From a bacterium (GTDB lineage Bacteria; UBA8248): a stretch of DNA of 64,000 nt. The stretch's first letter is position 1, and each line of letters opens with the position of its first letter. Positions 19,944 to 29,572 of the stretch are shown here, in pieces. The notes below the pieces were generated by a model. That model was not told the DNA's origin and made no database searches. It saw nothing but the letters and a program-made list of their open reading frames with translations. The DNA is taken from contig CBDBEV010000001.1 of the NCBI GenBank assembly GCA_965204535.1, positions 2,240,001 to 2,304,000 of the forward strand. The letters are read 5' to 3'. The translations under genes and the position numbers were made by a program.

Positions 19944-20210
19944 GTGGACGCGGAAACGAGGGAAGAATTTGAAAAGTTGAATAAAAATCTGATTAAAAGT
20001 TTCAAGGCAATCGACAGCCGCTTTGAGGCAGTGAACAAGCGATTCGACAACCTTGAGAACAAAATGGATGAAGGTTTCAACAAAATGGACGAAGGTTTCG
20101 AGGAAGTGAAGAACATGATGGATCACGGATTCAGTCAACTGCTCCCAAAGGAGCAATGGCCTCCTGACGAACTCGATTTGGAGAAGGCGTCCATCCGGCG
20201 AAGATTATAA
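19944..20210 (+). CDS. Small heptad-repeat coiled-coil protein
   Basis: GGAGG RBS and GTG start; IDSRFEA VNKRFDN heptads; 21-bp tandem duplication 20058-20099 (NKMDEGF x2). Confidence 0.7.
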   Translation: MDAETREEFEKLNKNLIKSFKAIDSRFEAVNKRFDNLENKMDEGFNKMDEGFEEVKNMMDHGFSQLLPKEQWPPDELDLEKASIRRRL

Positions 20211-20489
20211 GGATAAGAAATGGCGCGTGCAGAAGCTGCCTTTGAAAATCGGGGTAAGTCTCGGCAACCCCACAGCGTCCATTCGGTCTATGCAACGCGG
20301 AAAGATTTGCCAGTGGATCAAATGGGTTTTCCCAGGGTTTTGTAGAGTTGGGAATTACGAACCGAAAACACGGCGGAAATTTCCATTGTTCGTCACGGGA
20401 ATCTGCGAAGGGAAACGTGCCGTAATAAACGGAAGGGTAGTGGAATAAGAAGTCCTCTTCCCGTCGTGCGCTGCGAATTATCCGACAGT

Positions 20490-20640
20490 TTATCCCTTTT
20501 CTCCGGTTTATCCGCCGGTTCCGCGCGGAAATTCATGGAATTTTTCCGTCATTTCCCATCGACCGGCTCCATTCCATCTCAGCCGGCGATAGTAGCATTT
20601 CTTCGCCGATGGGGTAACGACTCTCGGGTTGCATCTTCTC
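20490..20640 (-). promoter_or_regulatory. Copy 3 of the promoter/leader segment, with no convincing downstream gene
   Basis: 20561-20640 is nearly identical to 19671-19750; 20490-20560 resembles 17430-17500. Confidence 0.6.
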
Positions 20641-20728
20641 CGCCCCGACCGGGTTCGGCTCCGGAACCGCCGGGCGATTTCTCGTTCCGCGTAGGAATAA
20701 TCTCTCGTTTGCCGAGAAGTTTTCGTTC

Positions 20729-20868
20729 GTCATTCCGGCGAATGCCGGAATCCAGGCGGACATGAATGGAAGAAAAATCTATCATTCGGCGATCCGATAC
20801 GGGCGGCGGGATTCCCTCTCCCTTGGGTTCTCTCATCGGTTCTGGATTCCGGCATTCGCCGGAATGAC
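20729..20868 (-). repeat. dRS3-like 140-bp element, copy 2, inverted relative to copy 1
   Basis: Terminal IR gtcattccggcgaatgccggaatccag / ctggattccggcattcgccggaatgac; interior homologous to the 12371 copy. Confidence 0.85.
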
Positions 20869-20897
20869 GGGTATTGTGATCTCTCCGGAAGGGTGTC

Positions 20898-21000
20898 GTA
20901 GGGGCGCTTCGTGAAGCGCCCGTTTATCCGGCAAGGGCCGTTCACGAGAACGGCCCACTACGGAACAAACCCCTCCTTCAGAACTTTCTCAACACCCCCC
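20898..21000. repeat. GTAG REP doublet followed by a possible lone right TIR
   Basis: gtaggggcgcttcgtgaagcgccc ... gggccgttcacgagaacggcccactac; tttctcaacaccccc near 20985-21000. Confidence 0.65.
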
Positions 21001-21561
21001 TGGCCGGATACGAGCCCGCATTTCCCCGCATTCGGCGTTACCGGGTTTTCGTCGGGGTGGGCGAGAATCGCGCGCGCGAACTTGGAGGAATACCGATGGA
21101 CCTGGAAAGAGGAAAGCAAACGGATGCGGCGGCCCGGGTTCTGCCGGGGGCGGACCCGGCGCTTTCCGCGCAACCGGAATTACTGAAAAATCCCGTAAAT
21201 ATCGATAAATTCACGGGGTTTTTCGATAAATTCCTGAAAATTACTGACTATGCAAGCAATTGTAATCAAAAGAGTTATCATAAAAACCTGAGCGTCCCGC
21301 ACTCAGATATGGCGCAAAAAAAATTCAAACCTCCGCATTTGCCCGCATTTGCGATGAATCGAGCGCGGTTTCGCGCATTTCCCCGCAAGTTCTCCACCCC
21401 CCGCATCCCCTGCCCGGCCCGGGGCCGCGTCCCGAAAAACCGGGATGGATTCTCGCGCCGAAATGAGGGATAATAGAGGCACCCAACGTCAGGAACGATA
21501 ATGTTGCCTCCCGGCTCCATGAGGCGAGAGGCATGTCTATTCCAATCCAGGAGGTCAGCAG

Positions 21562-22536
21562 ATGAAAACGTATCGCATCCTGTGTATCGCTCTGATAGCC
21601 GTGTTCGCAGCCGCGTTGCCGCTGCAGTCCGCTTCGGCGGCCTATCCCGACAAGCCGATTCAGTTCATCATTCCCTTCGGTGCGGGCGGCGGCGCCGACA
21701 TCGAGGGCAGGCTGCTCGCCAAGGGCATGGCGAAAGAACTCGGCGTTCCCGTGGTGGCCATCAACAAGCCGGGCGCGGGCGGCGCCGTCACCTACACGTT
21801 CGTCAAGAACTCCAAGCCCGACGGCTATACGGTGGCTTGGAACTCCACTTCGGTGCTCACTTCCACGAACATCGGCAACGTGCCCTGGGACTACACGGCG
21901 CTCGACCACATCGGGCGGGTGCACTTCCAGCCTTTGACGGTGGCGGTGAACTACAAGTCGAAATGGAAGACGGTCAAGGATTTCGTGGCCGACTGCAAGA
22001 AAAAGCCGAACACGCTCAAAATCGGCCACGCGGGCACCGGCAGCACCACGCACTTGACGGCGGTCATCTTCACGAACATGACGGGCTGTAAGGCCATCCT
22101 CGTTCCCCTGGGCGTGAAGCGGCGCAACGCGGCGCTGCTGAGCGGCGAGGTCGACGCCATGGGCGCGCCCCTCACGGGAGCGATTCGCCTGGCGAAAGCA
22201 AAGAAGTTCCGCATCATCACCCACATCACGGGCAAGCGGAACCCGGCGATCCCCGACGTGCCCACCATGAAGGAAATGGGCCACGACATCGATTTCGACC
22301 ATTTCCGGGGCCTGAGCGTGCCGAAGGGAACGCCCGCCGCGGTGAAGGCGAAACTCGTGGACGCCATGACGAAGGCCGCCAACTCGGACGCCTTCAAGAA
22401 GCTGGCCAAGACGAAGGGCTTCACGATCGACCCGAGCGGGCCGGAAGAGTTCGGCAAAATGCTCGCCAAGCGCGACAAGATTGTCGCCGACATCATGAAG
22501 GCCACGGGCGTATACAAGTCCAAGACGAAGAAATAA
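21562..22536 (+). CDS. tctC: Tripartite tricarboxylate transporter substrate-binding protein (Bug/TctC)
   Basis: Signal peptide; YPDKPIQFIIPFGAGGGAD, NKPGAGG, PDVPTMKEMG. Confidence 0.93.
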   Translation: MKTYRILCIALIAVFAAALPLQSASAAYPDKPIQFIIPFGAGGGADIEGRLLAKGMAKELGVPVVAINKPGAGGAVTYTFVKNSKPDGYTVAWNSTSVLTSTNIGNVPWDYTALDHIGRVHFQPLTVAVNYKSKWKTVKDFVADCKKKPNTLKIGHAGTGSTTHLTAVIFTNMTGCKAILVPLGVKRRNAALLSGEVDAMGAPLTGAIRLAKAKKFRIITHITGKRNPAIPDVPTMKEMGHDIDFDHFRGLSVPKGTPAAVKAKLVDAMTKAANSDAFKKLAKTKGFTIDPSGPEEFGKMLAKRDKIVADIMKATGVYKSKTKK

Positions 22537-22561
22537 TCGCGCCAGTCGCGTGACAGGCGGG

Positions 22562-22597
22562 GGCCGCCTCTTCCAAGGAGGGGGCGGCCTTCGTTTT
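22562..22597 (+). terminator. Stem-loop with T-tail after tctC
   Basis: ggccgcctcttcc-aa-ggagggggcggcc followed by ttcgtttt. Confidence 0.65.
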
Positions 22598-22630
22598 CGA
22601 GTCGTTTTCTCTCCTTAGGGCAGATTCGGC

Positions 22631-23113
22631 ATGGGTTTGAGAAACATCGTCGGCGGGGTGGTCATCCTCGGCTTCACGCTCTACTACGGCGGCCTCGCCA
22701 CCCTGCTGCCAAAGCGCACCACGACGGACGCGCCGGGACCCCATTTCTTCCCGTACCTGATCACCGTCTCGATAATCGTTCTCGCCGTGATGCTCCTCTT
22801 TCAGGGGGTCAGGGGGCTGAAAGACTCCGGCGGCCTCGCCGACCTGAGGCCCGAAAGGCCTTCGGCGAACGAGAATTTCAGCATCGCCCGCGCGGCGGCC
22901 GGCCTGGTGCTCACGGGGCTTTATTTCCTGGCGCTTTCGACCTTCGGGTTCTTCTGGTCCACGCCCGTCTTCTTCGCCGCCCTCATGTGGACCTCGGGCG
23001 AGCGACGGCCGCATATTCTCCTGGCTCTGGCGATAATCGTTCCCATGTTCCTGTTCTTCCTGTTCCGCGACCTTTTTCAGCTTCCCCTGCCGAGGGGAAG
23101 TTTTCTGGGATGA
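22631..23113 (+). CDS. tctB: TctB family small membrane subunit
   Basis: GPHFFP motif, about 4-5 TM, C-terminal LFQLPLPRG. Confidence 0.9.
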   Translation: MGLRNIVGGVVILGFTLYYGGLATLLPKRTTTDAPGPHFFPYLITVSIIVLAVMLLFQGVRGLKDSGGLADLRPERPSANENFSIARAAAGLVLTGLYFLALSTFGFFWSTPVFFAALMWTSGERRPHILLALAIIVPMFLFFLFRDLFQLPLPRGSFLG

Positions 23114-23119
23114 CGCAAG

Positions 23120-24634
23120 ATGAACGGTGATTTGCTACAGGGGTTCTACCTCGCCCTCGCGCCGACGAGCATTCTGGCCACCGCCCTGGGCGCCCTGCAC
23201 GGCCTCATATGCGGGATGATGCCGGGCCTCACGACGAGTGCGGGCATCATCATCCTCTTTCCGGTCACCTTCATCCTGGAGCCGACCACCGCGGTGGCGC
23301 TGCTGCTGGGCGTTTTCGCGGGCGGAATGACGGGGGGGAGCTTCGCCGCCATCCTCATCAACATCCCCGGATCGCCGTCGGCTTCTGCCACCACGATGGA
23401 CGGTTTCCCTCTCACCCAGAAGGGAGAGTCCGGGCGGGCGCTGGGCGTTTCCATCGTGTCGAGCTTCACCGGCGGCCTCTTCAGCTTCTTCTGCCTGATA
23501 TTGATTGCTCCGCAACTCACGAAAGTGGCCCTTCAGTTCCGCGCGGCCGACCTGTTCGGGCTGGTCTTTTTCGGAATGTCCGTCATCTCCGCCTTCGCGG
23601 CGAAATCGCTCGTCAAGGGTCTGTTGTCCACTTTTCTGGGTCTCATGATCGTGACGGTCGGGATGGATCCGCTCGTGGGGACTGCGCGCTTCACCTTCGG
23701 TGACGCGAACATGCTCGCGGGAATCCACTTCATCGCCGCCCTCGTGGGCCTGTTCGCCATACCGGAAATCGTGGCGAACCTGGCGGAAGGGAACATCCGT
23801 TCGGTCGCCTCCAGGTTCGGCCGCGTGTTTCCCAGTTGGGCGGACATCAAGAAAATCCGGCTTCCGGTGGCCATCGGCTCCGTCGTGGGTACTTTCGTCG
23901 GCATTCTCCCCGGAGCGGGCGGCCCGATAGCTGTTTTCGTGAGCTACGACTACGCCCAGAAGATCAGCAAGGAACCCGAACAATTCGGCAAGGGCTGCGT
24001 GGAGGGAGTGGCTGCGCCCGAATCGGCGAACAGCTCCATCGCCGGCGGAGCGCTCATTCCGATGATGACGCTGGGCATTCCGGGCGACCCGATAACCGCC
24101 ATCCTCATCGGCGCCCTGCTGGTCCACGGCATGGCGCCGGGGCCGCTTCTTTTCGTGGAACAGGGGCCCTTCGCGTTTTCCGTGCTTTTCTCGTATTTCA
24201 TCGCGATTTGCAGCACGGCGACGGTCGCGTTCCTGGGCTTGAGGCTCATCGTGAAACTGCTGTCCATCCCCCGCACGCTGCTGCTTCCGATCATCGTCGC
24301 CCTGTGCGTTCTGGGGACGTATGCGCTCAGGAATTCCTTCTTCGACGTCTACGTCATGTTCTTCTTCGGCCTCGTGGCGCTTTCCTTCAAGTGGCTTGAC
24401 ATCCCGGTCGTTCCCATGCTTCTCGCGCTCGTGCTGGGGCGGCAGCTTGAGGAGCACATGCGGGTCGCTCTCGCCGCATCGAAGGGTGACATCTCGATTT
24501 TCTTCACCTCTCCCTGGTGTCTGTTTTTCCTGTGCCTCTCGATGGTCTCTTTCGCCTGGCCGTTTTTCCTGGAGTGGAGAGTCAGGAAAAGAGCGCTCAA
24601 GAAAGCGTCCGCCTCTACTCCTTCCTCCGCATAG
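23120..24634 (+). CDS. tctA: TctA family permease
   Basis: ILINIPGSP..DGFPL, GVAAPESANSS, TLGIPGD. Confidence 0.95.
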   Translation: MNGDLLQGFYLALAPTSILATALGALHGLICGMMPGLTTSAGIIILFPVTFILEPTTAVALLLGVFAGGMTGGSFAAILINIPGSPSASATTMDGFPLTQKGESGRALGVSIVSSFTGGLFSFFCLILIAPQLTKVALQFRAADLFGLVFFGMSVISAFAAKSLVKGLLSTFLGLMIVTVGMDPLVGTARFTFGDANMLAGIHFIAALVGLFAIPEIVANLAEGNIRSVASRFGRVFPSWADIKKIRLPVAIGSVVGTFVGILPGAGGPIAVFVSYDYAQKISKEPEQFGKGCVEGVAAPESANSSIAGGALIPMMTLGIPGDPITAILIGALLVHGMAPGPLLFVEQGPFAFSVLFSYFIAICSTATVAFLGLRLIVKLLSIPRTLLLPIIVALCVLGTYALRNSFFDVYVMFFFGLVALSFKWLDIPVVPMLLALVLGRQLEEHMRVALAASKGDISIFFTSPWCLFFLCLSMVSFAWPFFLEWRVRKRALKKASASTPSSA

Positions 24635-24880
24635 AAGGCGCACAACGGTCGTCCTTTTGTAGTTCATTTGGGTGAAAGTGGGCATTCGCGGTGTTTCAGT
24701 TACAGTTACGTGATTTGGGCCTCGACACGAAAAACCTGGGCCTTGACCCTGAATCGAGGCTCATCTAACCTGCTCTTCACATTGAAAACAAATTTGCTCT
24801 GGCGTCCGGTTTCAGAGTCTGAATGAATCTGATTCCGGCTGTTCGGCTTCGTATGTTTCCATTTTCAAGGGGGGCTTCTC

Positions 24881-26101
24881 ATGCCTGGCTACAGAAAAAA
24901 AGCGTTCTTTGCCGGGGCGATAATCCTGGCGATTGGCTTGTTGAGCGTTTCCACTTCGTTCGCGGCGAAAACCATAAAAATCGGCGTTCTCTCTCCATTG
25001 ACGGGGCTTTATTCCATCGTGGGGAAAAGGACGAGCCAGGGCATCAACATGGCCGTCAAGGAAATCAACGACGCGGGCGGCGTTCTGGGCCACAAGTTCG
25101 AAGCGCTGATCCGGGATTCCGAGACGAACCCGGCGAGTTCGGTGCGCACGGCGAGGCGGCTGATCCTGCGCGATAAGGTCTTCGCCCTGCTCGGCCCGCT
25201 GCACGGCGGAGCGGCCATCGCCGTGTTGCAGGAATCGAAAAAGCTCAAGACGATGAACTTCCCCTGGGCGGCGACCGAGGAGATCAACACGAAATTCTGC
25301 AGCCGCTACACCTGGAGAGTAGGGAGCAGCGCGCAGCAGACCTCCCGCGCGGGCGCCGTCATCGCCCACCGGCTGGGCTTGAAGAAGTGGGCGACGATAT
25401 CTTCTGATTTCTCGTACGGCCGCTCCGTCGTCCGGCAGTTCTGGAACTACCTCAAAGAACGCGACCCGGGCGCGAAACGCCCCTATGCGGCATGGCCGAA
25501 GCTGGGCGAGAACGATTATTCCGCCTACATCAACAAGATGCAGAAGGCGAAGCCCGATGCCATCTACGTCGGCCTGTTCGGCGCGGACCTCATCAAGTTC
25601 ATGAAGCAGGCGCGTTCCTTCGGGATGTACGAAAAGGTGAAGATATTCACCGATTTCGGGGGCAACCACGTGGTGCTCAAGGCGCTCGGCGATCAGGCGC
25701 CGTTCGGCCATTGGGCGAGTTCGCGCTATCTGCACAACTATCCGGTTTCCGCGGCCAACAAGCGTTTCGTGGACAACTTCCGCAAGGCGTACAACGTCTA
25801 CCCGGACATGACGGCCGGCGAGGCTTACTCGACCGTCCACGTGATTGCGGAATCCATCCGCCGTGCCGGTGCCGTGGACAAGGAGAAGGCGATTGACGCC
25901 ATGGGCGGCGTCGCCTTCAACGCGCCCGAGGGATGGATCATCATGCGTCCATCCGATCACCAGGGCTGGCAGTCGAGCTTCTGGGGCGTGATTGCAAAGA
26001 GTAAGAAATTCCCCTTCCCGATCCTCTCGAATATCCAGGTGATCTCTCCCGTCGAGGGTTCTCACTCCGACGAGAACACGGGCCAGGGCTGCCGGAAATA
26101 A
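24881..26101 (+). CDS. Branched-chain amino acid type ABC substrate-binding protein
   Basis: Signal peptide; IKIGVLSPLTG, EINDAGGVLG, DFSYGR. Confidence 0.9.
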   Translation: MPGYRKKAFFAGAIILAIGLLSVSTSFAAKTIKIGVLSPLTGLYSIVGKRTSQGINMAVKEINDAGGVLGHKFEALIRDSETNPASSVRTARRLILRDKVFALLGPLHGGAAIAVLQESKKLKTMNFPWAATEEINTKFCSRYTWRVGSSAQQTSRAGAVIAHRLGLKKWATISSDFSYGRSVVRQFWNYLKERDPGAKRPYAAWPKLGENDYSAYINKMQKAKPDAIYVGLFGADLIKFMKQARSFGMYEKVKIFTDFGGNHVVLKALGDQAPFGHWASSRYLHNYPVSAANKRFVDNFRKAYNVYPDMTAGEAYSTVHVIAESIRRAGAVDKEKAIDAMGGVAFNAPEGWIIMRPSDHQGWQSSFWGVIAKSKKFPFPILSNIQVISPVEGSHSDENTGQGCRK

Positions 26102-26112
26102 TCATCGCGCGT

Positions 26113-26153
26113 GAAGCCATGGACGCCCCGAGAAATTTCCGGGGCGTCGCTTC
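26113..26153 (+). terminator. Intercistronic stem-loop after the Liv-type binding protein gene
   Basis: gacgccccg ... cggggcgtc with outer gaagc/gcttc. Confidence 0.5.
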
Positions 26154-26177
26154 ACTTTCTTCCGGAGGCCCGGGCGT

Positions 26178-27059
26178 ATGGAATTGGACGTCAGTTTTTG
26201 GTTGACCCAGTTTCTGAACGGGTTGGCCAACGCGATGGTTCTTTTCCTGATCGCATCGGGCCTCACGATTCTCCTGGGCGTGCTGGGCGTCCTGAACCTG
26301 GCCCACGGTTCGTTCTACATGCTGGGCGCTTTTCTGATTTTTTCGAGTTCGATCATCAAGAACCCAAGCTGGTTCTGGGTGGGTTTGCTCATCGCACCCC
26401 TCGTGGTGGCGGGGTTCGGGACCATCATCGAAGCGTTCTGCCTGCGCCCCCTCTACGGCCGGGAAAGACTCTACACTTTGCTCCTTACCTATGGCTTCAC
26501 GCTCATTCTCGACGACCTGGTTCTGCTGATCTGGGGGCGGGATTACAAGTCCGTTCCCATCCCCGCGCTGTTCGAAGGACGATTGACCGTCGGGGATTTC
26601 AGTTACCCCGTGTATTTCCTCTTCATCATCGCGGTCGGCCCGCTATTGGGCGTTTTCCTGTGGTTCATTCTGAACAGGACGAACTTCGGGAAACTCATCC
26701 GCGCCGCCGCCACGGACAGCGAGATGCTCGACGCCCTGGGGGTGAACGTGAACCGGGTATTCACCGGCGTATTCGCCCTGGGCGCCTGGCTCGCGAGTCT
26801 GGGCGGCATTCTGGCCGCACCGATGAGAAGCGTCGAACCCGGTATGGGGGTGGAGATCATCATCGAATCGTTCATCGTCGTCATCATCGGCGGAATGGGG
26901 AGTTATCTGGGCGCGTTCGTGGGGGCGGTGCTCATCGGGATGCTCAAGGCGTTCGGCATCGAGATTCTCGAGAATTTCGCGATGATCTTCATCTACGCAC
27001 TCGTGCTGCCGATTCTGATCTTAAGACCCCGCGGTCTGTTCGGCGAAACGACGATATAG
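26178..27059 (+). CDS. livH: Branched-chain amino acid ABC permease
   Basis: LNLAHGSFYMLG, FGKLIRAA, RPRGLFG. Confidence 0.92.
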   Translation: MELDVSFWLTQFLNGLANAMVLFLIASGLTILLGVLGVLNLAHGSFYMLGAFLIFSSSIIKNPSWFWVGLLIAPLVVAGFGTIIEAFCLRPLYGRERLYTLLLTYGFTLILDDLVLLIWGRDYKSVPIPALFEGRLTVGDFSYPVYFLFIIAVGPLLGVFLWFILNRTNFGKLIRAAATDSEMLDALGVNVNRVFTGVFALGAWLASLGGILAAPMRSVEPGMGVEIIIESFIVVIIGGMGSYLGAFVGAVLIGMLKAFGIEILENFAMIFIYALVLPILILRPRGLFGETTI

Positions 27060-27075
27060 GGATATCAAAAGACGC

Positions 27076-28104
27076 ATGGAAGGTTTGGCGAGCGGAAAAA
27101 AATTCTTGAGCCGCCTGATGGAGCGTATTCCCAACCGCTTCGGCGTCACGGCCCTGCTCGCCTTGGCCATTCTCGCGCCGGCCCTCGTTCAAAACGATTA
27201 TTATATTCAGCTTTGCACGGAAATCCTGATCGCGAGCCTGCTCGCCATCAGCCTGAATTTTCTCATCGGCTACACCGGCCTCGTCTCCCTGGGCCACGCG
27301 GTGTACCTGGGCGTGGGCGCCTACGCCTTCGCCCTGCTGACGAAGAACGTCTATCCCTCCATGTGGGCCGGATTGATAGCGGCGGGCGCCTCCTGTGGGC
27401 TACTCGCCTGGTTCATGGGCGTTTTCTGCGTGCGTCTGGCGGGGCTTTATTTCGCCATGCTGACGCTCGCGTTCTCTCAAGTCGTCTATACCGTCGCCTA
27501 CTACTGGCGCGACGTCACCGGCGGAGACGACGGGATGCTCGGCATTCCGAAGCCCGAAATCGGGATTCCGGGCGCGTTCAGCATTTCCCTGGAATCGTTC
27601 ACGAACTTTTATTATTTCGTGCTCATCATCGTGGCGGCTTTGATATTTCTCGCGTGGAAAATCGCCAACTCCCCTTTCGGCAGGGTGCTGCAGGCCATCC
27701 GGGAGAATCCCGAGCGCGTGGAATTCATCGGCCTGCCCGTGCACAGGTACAAATTGTATGCCTTCATCATCGCCGGGACCCTCGGCGGTTTCGCCGGAGG
27801 CCTTTACTCGACTTTCCAAGGCTACATTTCACCCGATCTGCTCTACTGGACCCAATCGGGCGAGATCGTTCTGATGACGATCCTGGGCGGCATGTATTCT
27901 TTCCTGGGTCCCGCCTTCGGCGCGGGGATGCTCTTGTTCATCCGGGACACGGTTTTGAATTTCATGGAGTACTGGCGAATCGTGGTCGGCGGCATTCTGG
28001 TGCTCCTGGTCCTGTTCCTCCCCGGCGGAATCCTGGGATTCTTCGAGGGGTGGGCCTCCAGATTATCGATTGGTGGAAACGATGGCGACGACGCCCGTTC
28101 TTGA
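27076..28104 (+). CDS. livM: Branched-chain amino acid ABC permease
   Basis: GYTGLVSLGHA, YFAMLTLAF, SPFGRVLQAIREN. Confidence 0.92.
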   Translation: MEGLASGKKFLSRLMERIPNRFGVTALLALAILAPALVQNDYYIQLCTEILIASLLAISLNFLIGYTGLVSLGHAVYLGVGAYAFALLTKNVYPSMWAGLIAAGASCGLLAWFMGVFCVRLAGLYFAMLTLAFSQVVYTVAYYWRDVTGGDDGMLGIPKPEIGIPGAFSISLESFTNFYYFVLIIVAALIFLAWKIANSPFGRVLQAIRENPERVEFIGLPVHRYKLYAFIIAGTLGGFAGGLYSTFQGYISPDLLYWTQSGEIVLMTILGGMYSFLGPAFGAGMLLFIRDTVLNFMEYWRIVVGGILVLLVLFLPGGILGFFEGWASRLSIGGNDGDDARS

Positions 28105-28834
28105 GACCCGGAGTCTCACCAGGTCGTTCGGTTCGCTTCTGGCGGTGAACGAGGTGGACTTTCGGGTTCCGGAGGGCGAGCTGTGCGCCGTCATCGGGCC
28201 CAACGGCGCGGGCAAGACCACATTTTTCAACCTGATTTCGGGGAGGCTCGAACCGACCTCGGGCGGCGTTTTCTTCGAAGGAGAGGACATTACCGGCTTT
28301 CCGCCGCACGCCGTGGTGAAAAAAGGGGTGGGCCGTTCTTTTCAGATCACGAACATATTCCCCAGGCTTTCGGTTCTGGACAACGTCCGCATCGCCGTCT
28401 TGGCGAGGCGGGGCAAGACGCTGGACATGTTCTCCCCCATCGAGAAGCACGCCGAAGAACAGGACGAGGCGCTCGCGATACTCGGCGAGGTGGAGCTCGG
28501 ACACAAGGCGCATCACCCGACCACGGAGCTCGGACACGGGGAGAGAAGAAACCTGGAACTGGGCATCACGCTGGCTTTGGAGCCCCGGTTGATCCTGCTC
28601 GATGAGCCGACGGCAGGCATGTCGATCGAGGAGACGTCGAGCACGATCAACCTCGTAAAAAAGATATCCCACGACAAAACGGTCGTCTTCACCGAACACG
28701 ACATGAGCGTGGTTTTCTCGATTGCCGATCGCATATCCGTCCTGCATCAGGGGAGCATCATCGCCGAGGGGACGCCGGATGAAATTCGAAACGACGACCT
28801 CGTTCGCCTCGCCTACCTGGGGGAAGAGGTGTGA
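28082..28834 (+). CDS. livG: Branched-chain amino acid ABC ATP-binding protein
   Basis: GPNGAGKTT, LLDEPTAGM, AYLG end; start set at ATG 28082. Confidence 0.92.
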   Translation: MATTPVLETRSLTRSFGSLLAVNEVDFRVPEGELCAVIGPNGAGKTTFFNLISGRLEPTSGGVFFEGEDITGFPPHAVVKKGVGRSFQITNIFPRLSVLDNVRIAVLARRGKTLDMFSPIEKHAEEQDEALAILGEVELGHKAHHPTTELGHGERRNLELGITLALEPRLILLDEPTAGMSIEETSSTINLVKKISHDKTVVFTEHDMSVVFSIADRISVLHQGSIIAEGTPDEIRNDDLVRLAYLGEEV

Positions 28835-29532
28835 TTCTCAGCGTCGAGAAAATCAATACGTTCTACGGGGACAGCCACATCCTGTTCGACGTGGATTTGA
28901 CCATCGCCGAAGGGGAGGTGGTGAGCCTCCTCGGCAGGAACGGGGTAGGAAAGACGACGACGCTCCGCTCCATCATGGGGCTGACGCCTCCTCGGGCGGG
29001 GAGCGTGCGCTGGCTGGGCGAGGAGGTGCAGCGCCTGAAACCCTACGAGATCGCCAGAAAGGGTGTGGGTTTCGTACCCGAGGACAGGAGGATATTCTCC
29101 CGTCTGAGCGTGGAGGAGAACCTGGAGATCGGCGCTTTCAAGCTGGAGGGGCCAAGTGGCTGGACACTTGAGCGAATATATGGTCTTTTCCCCAAGCTTG
29201 AGCAATTGAAAACCCATAAGGGAAACGAGCTCAGCGGCGGTGAGCAGCAGATGCTGGCCATCGCCCGCGCGTTGATGGGAGCGCCCAGGCTCGTCTTGCT
29301 CGACGAACCCTCGGAAGGTCTCGCGCCGGCCATCGTGAAAGACGTGGGCGAAATGATCGGGACGCTCAAGAATGAGGGGATCGCCGTCTTGCTGGTGGAG
29401 CAAAACACCCGCTTCGCCTGCCGGCTTTCCGACCGCGTCTACATCATAGACAACGGCAGGGTGCGCTTCGGTGGCACGGTGGCTGAGCTCGAAGCGGACG
29501 AGGAGTTGAAATCGCGCTATCTGGCCGTATGA
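28831..29532 (+). CDS. livF: Branched-chain amino acid ABC ATP-binding protein
   Basis: GRNGVGKTT, VPEDRRIF, LSGGEQQMLAIARAL. Confidence 0.93.
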   Translation: MILSVEKINTFYGDSHILFDVDLTIAEGEVVSLLGRNGVGKTTTLRSIMGLTPPRAGSVRWLGEEVQRLKPYEIARKGVGFVPEDRRIFSRLSVEENLEIGAFKLEGPSGWTLERIYGLFPKLEQLKTHKGNELSGGEQQMLAIARALMGAPRLVLLDEPSEGLAPAIVKDVGEMIGTLKNEGIAVLLVEQNTRFACRLSDRVYIIDNGRVRFGGTVAELEADEELKSRYLAV

Positions 29533-29572
29533 TTTTTTGTTTTCCCTTAAGTGAAAACGAGGAGGATTCTGT

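Noticed and set aside
20227-20448. 73-aa ORF downstream of the coiled-coil minigene
   Set aside because: No RBS or motif, and atypical composition; probably non-coding or decayed sequence.
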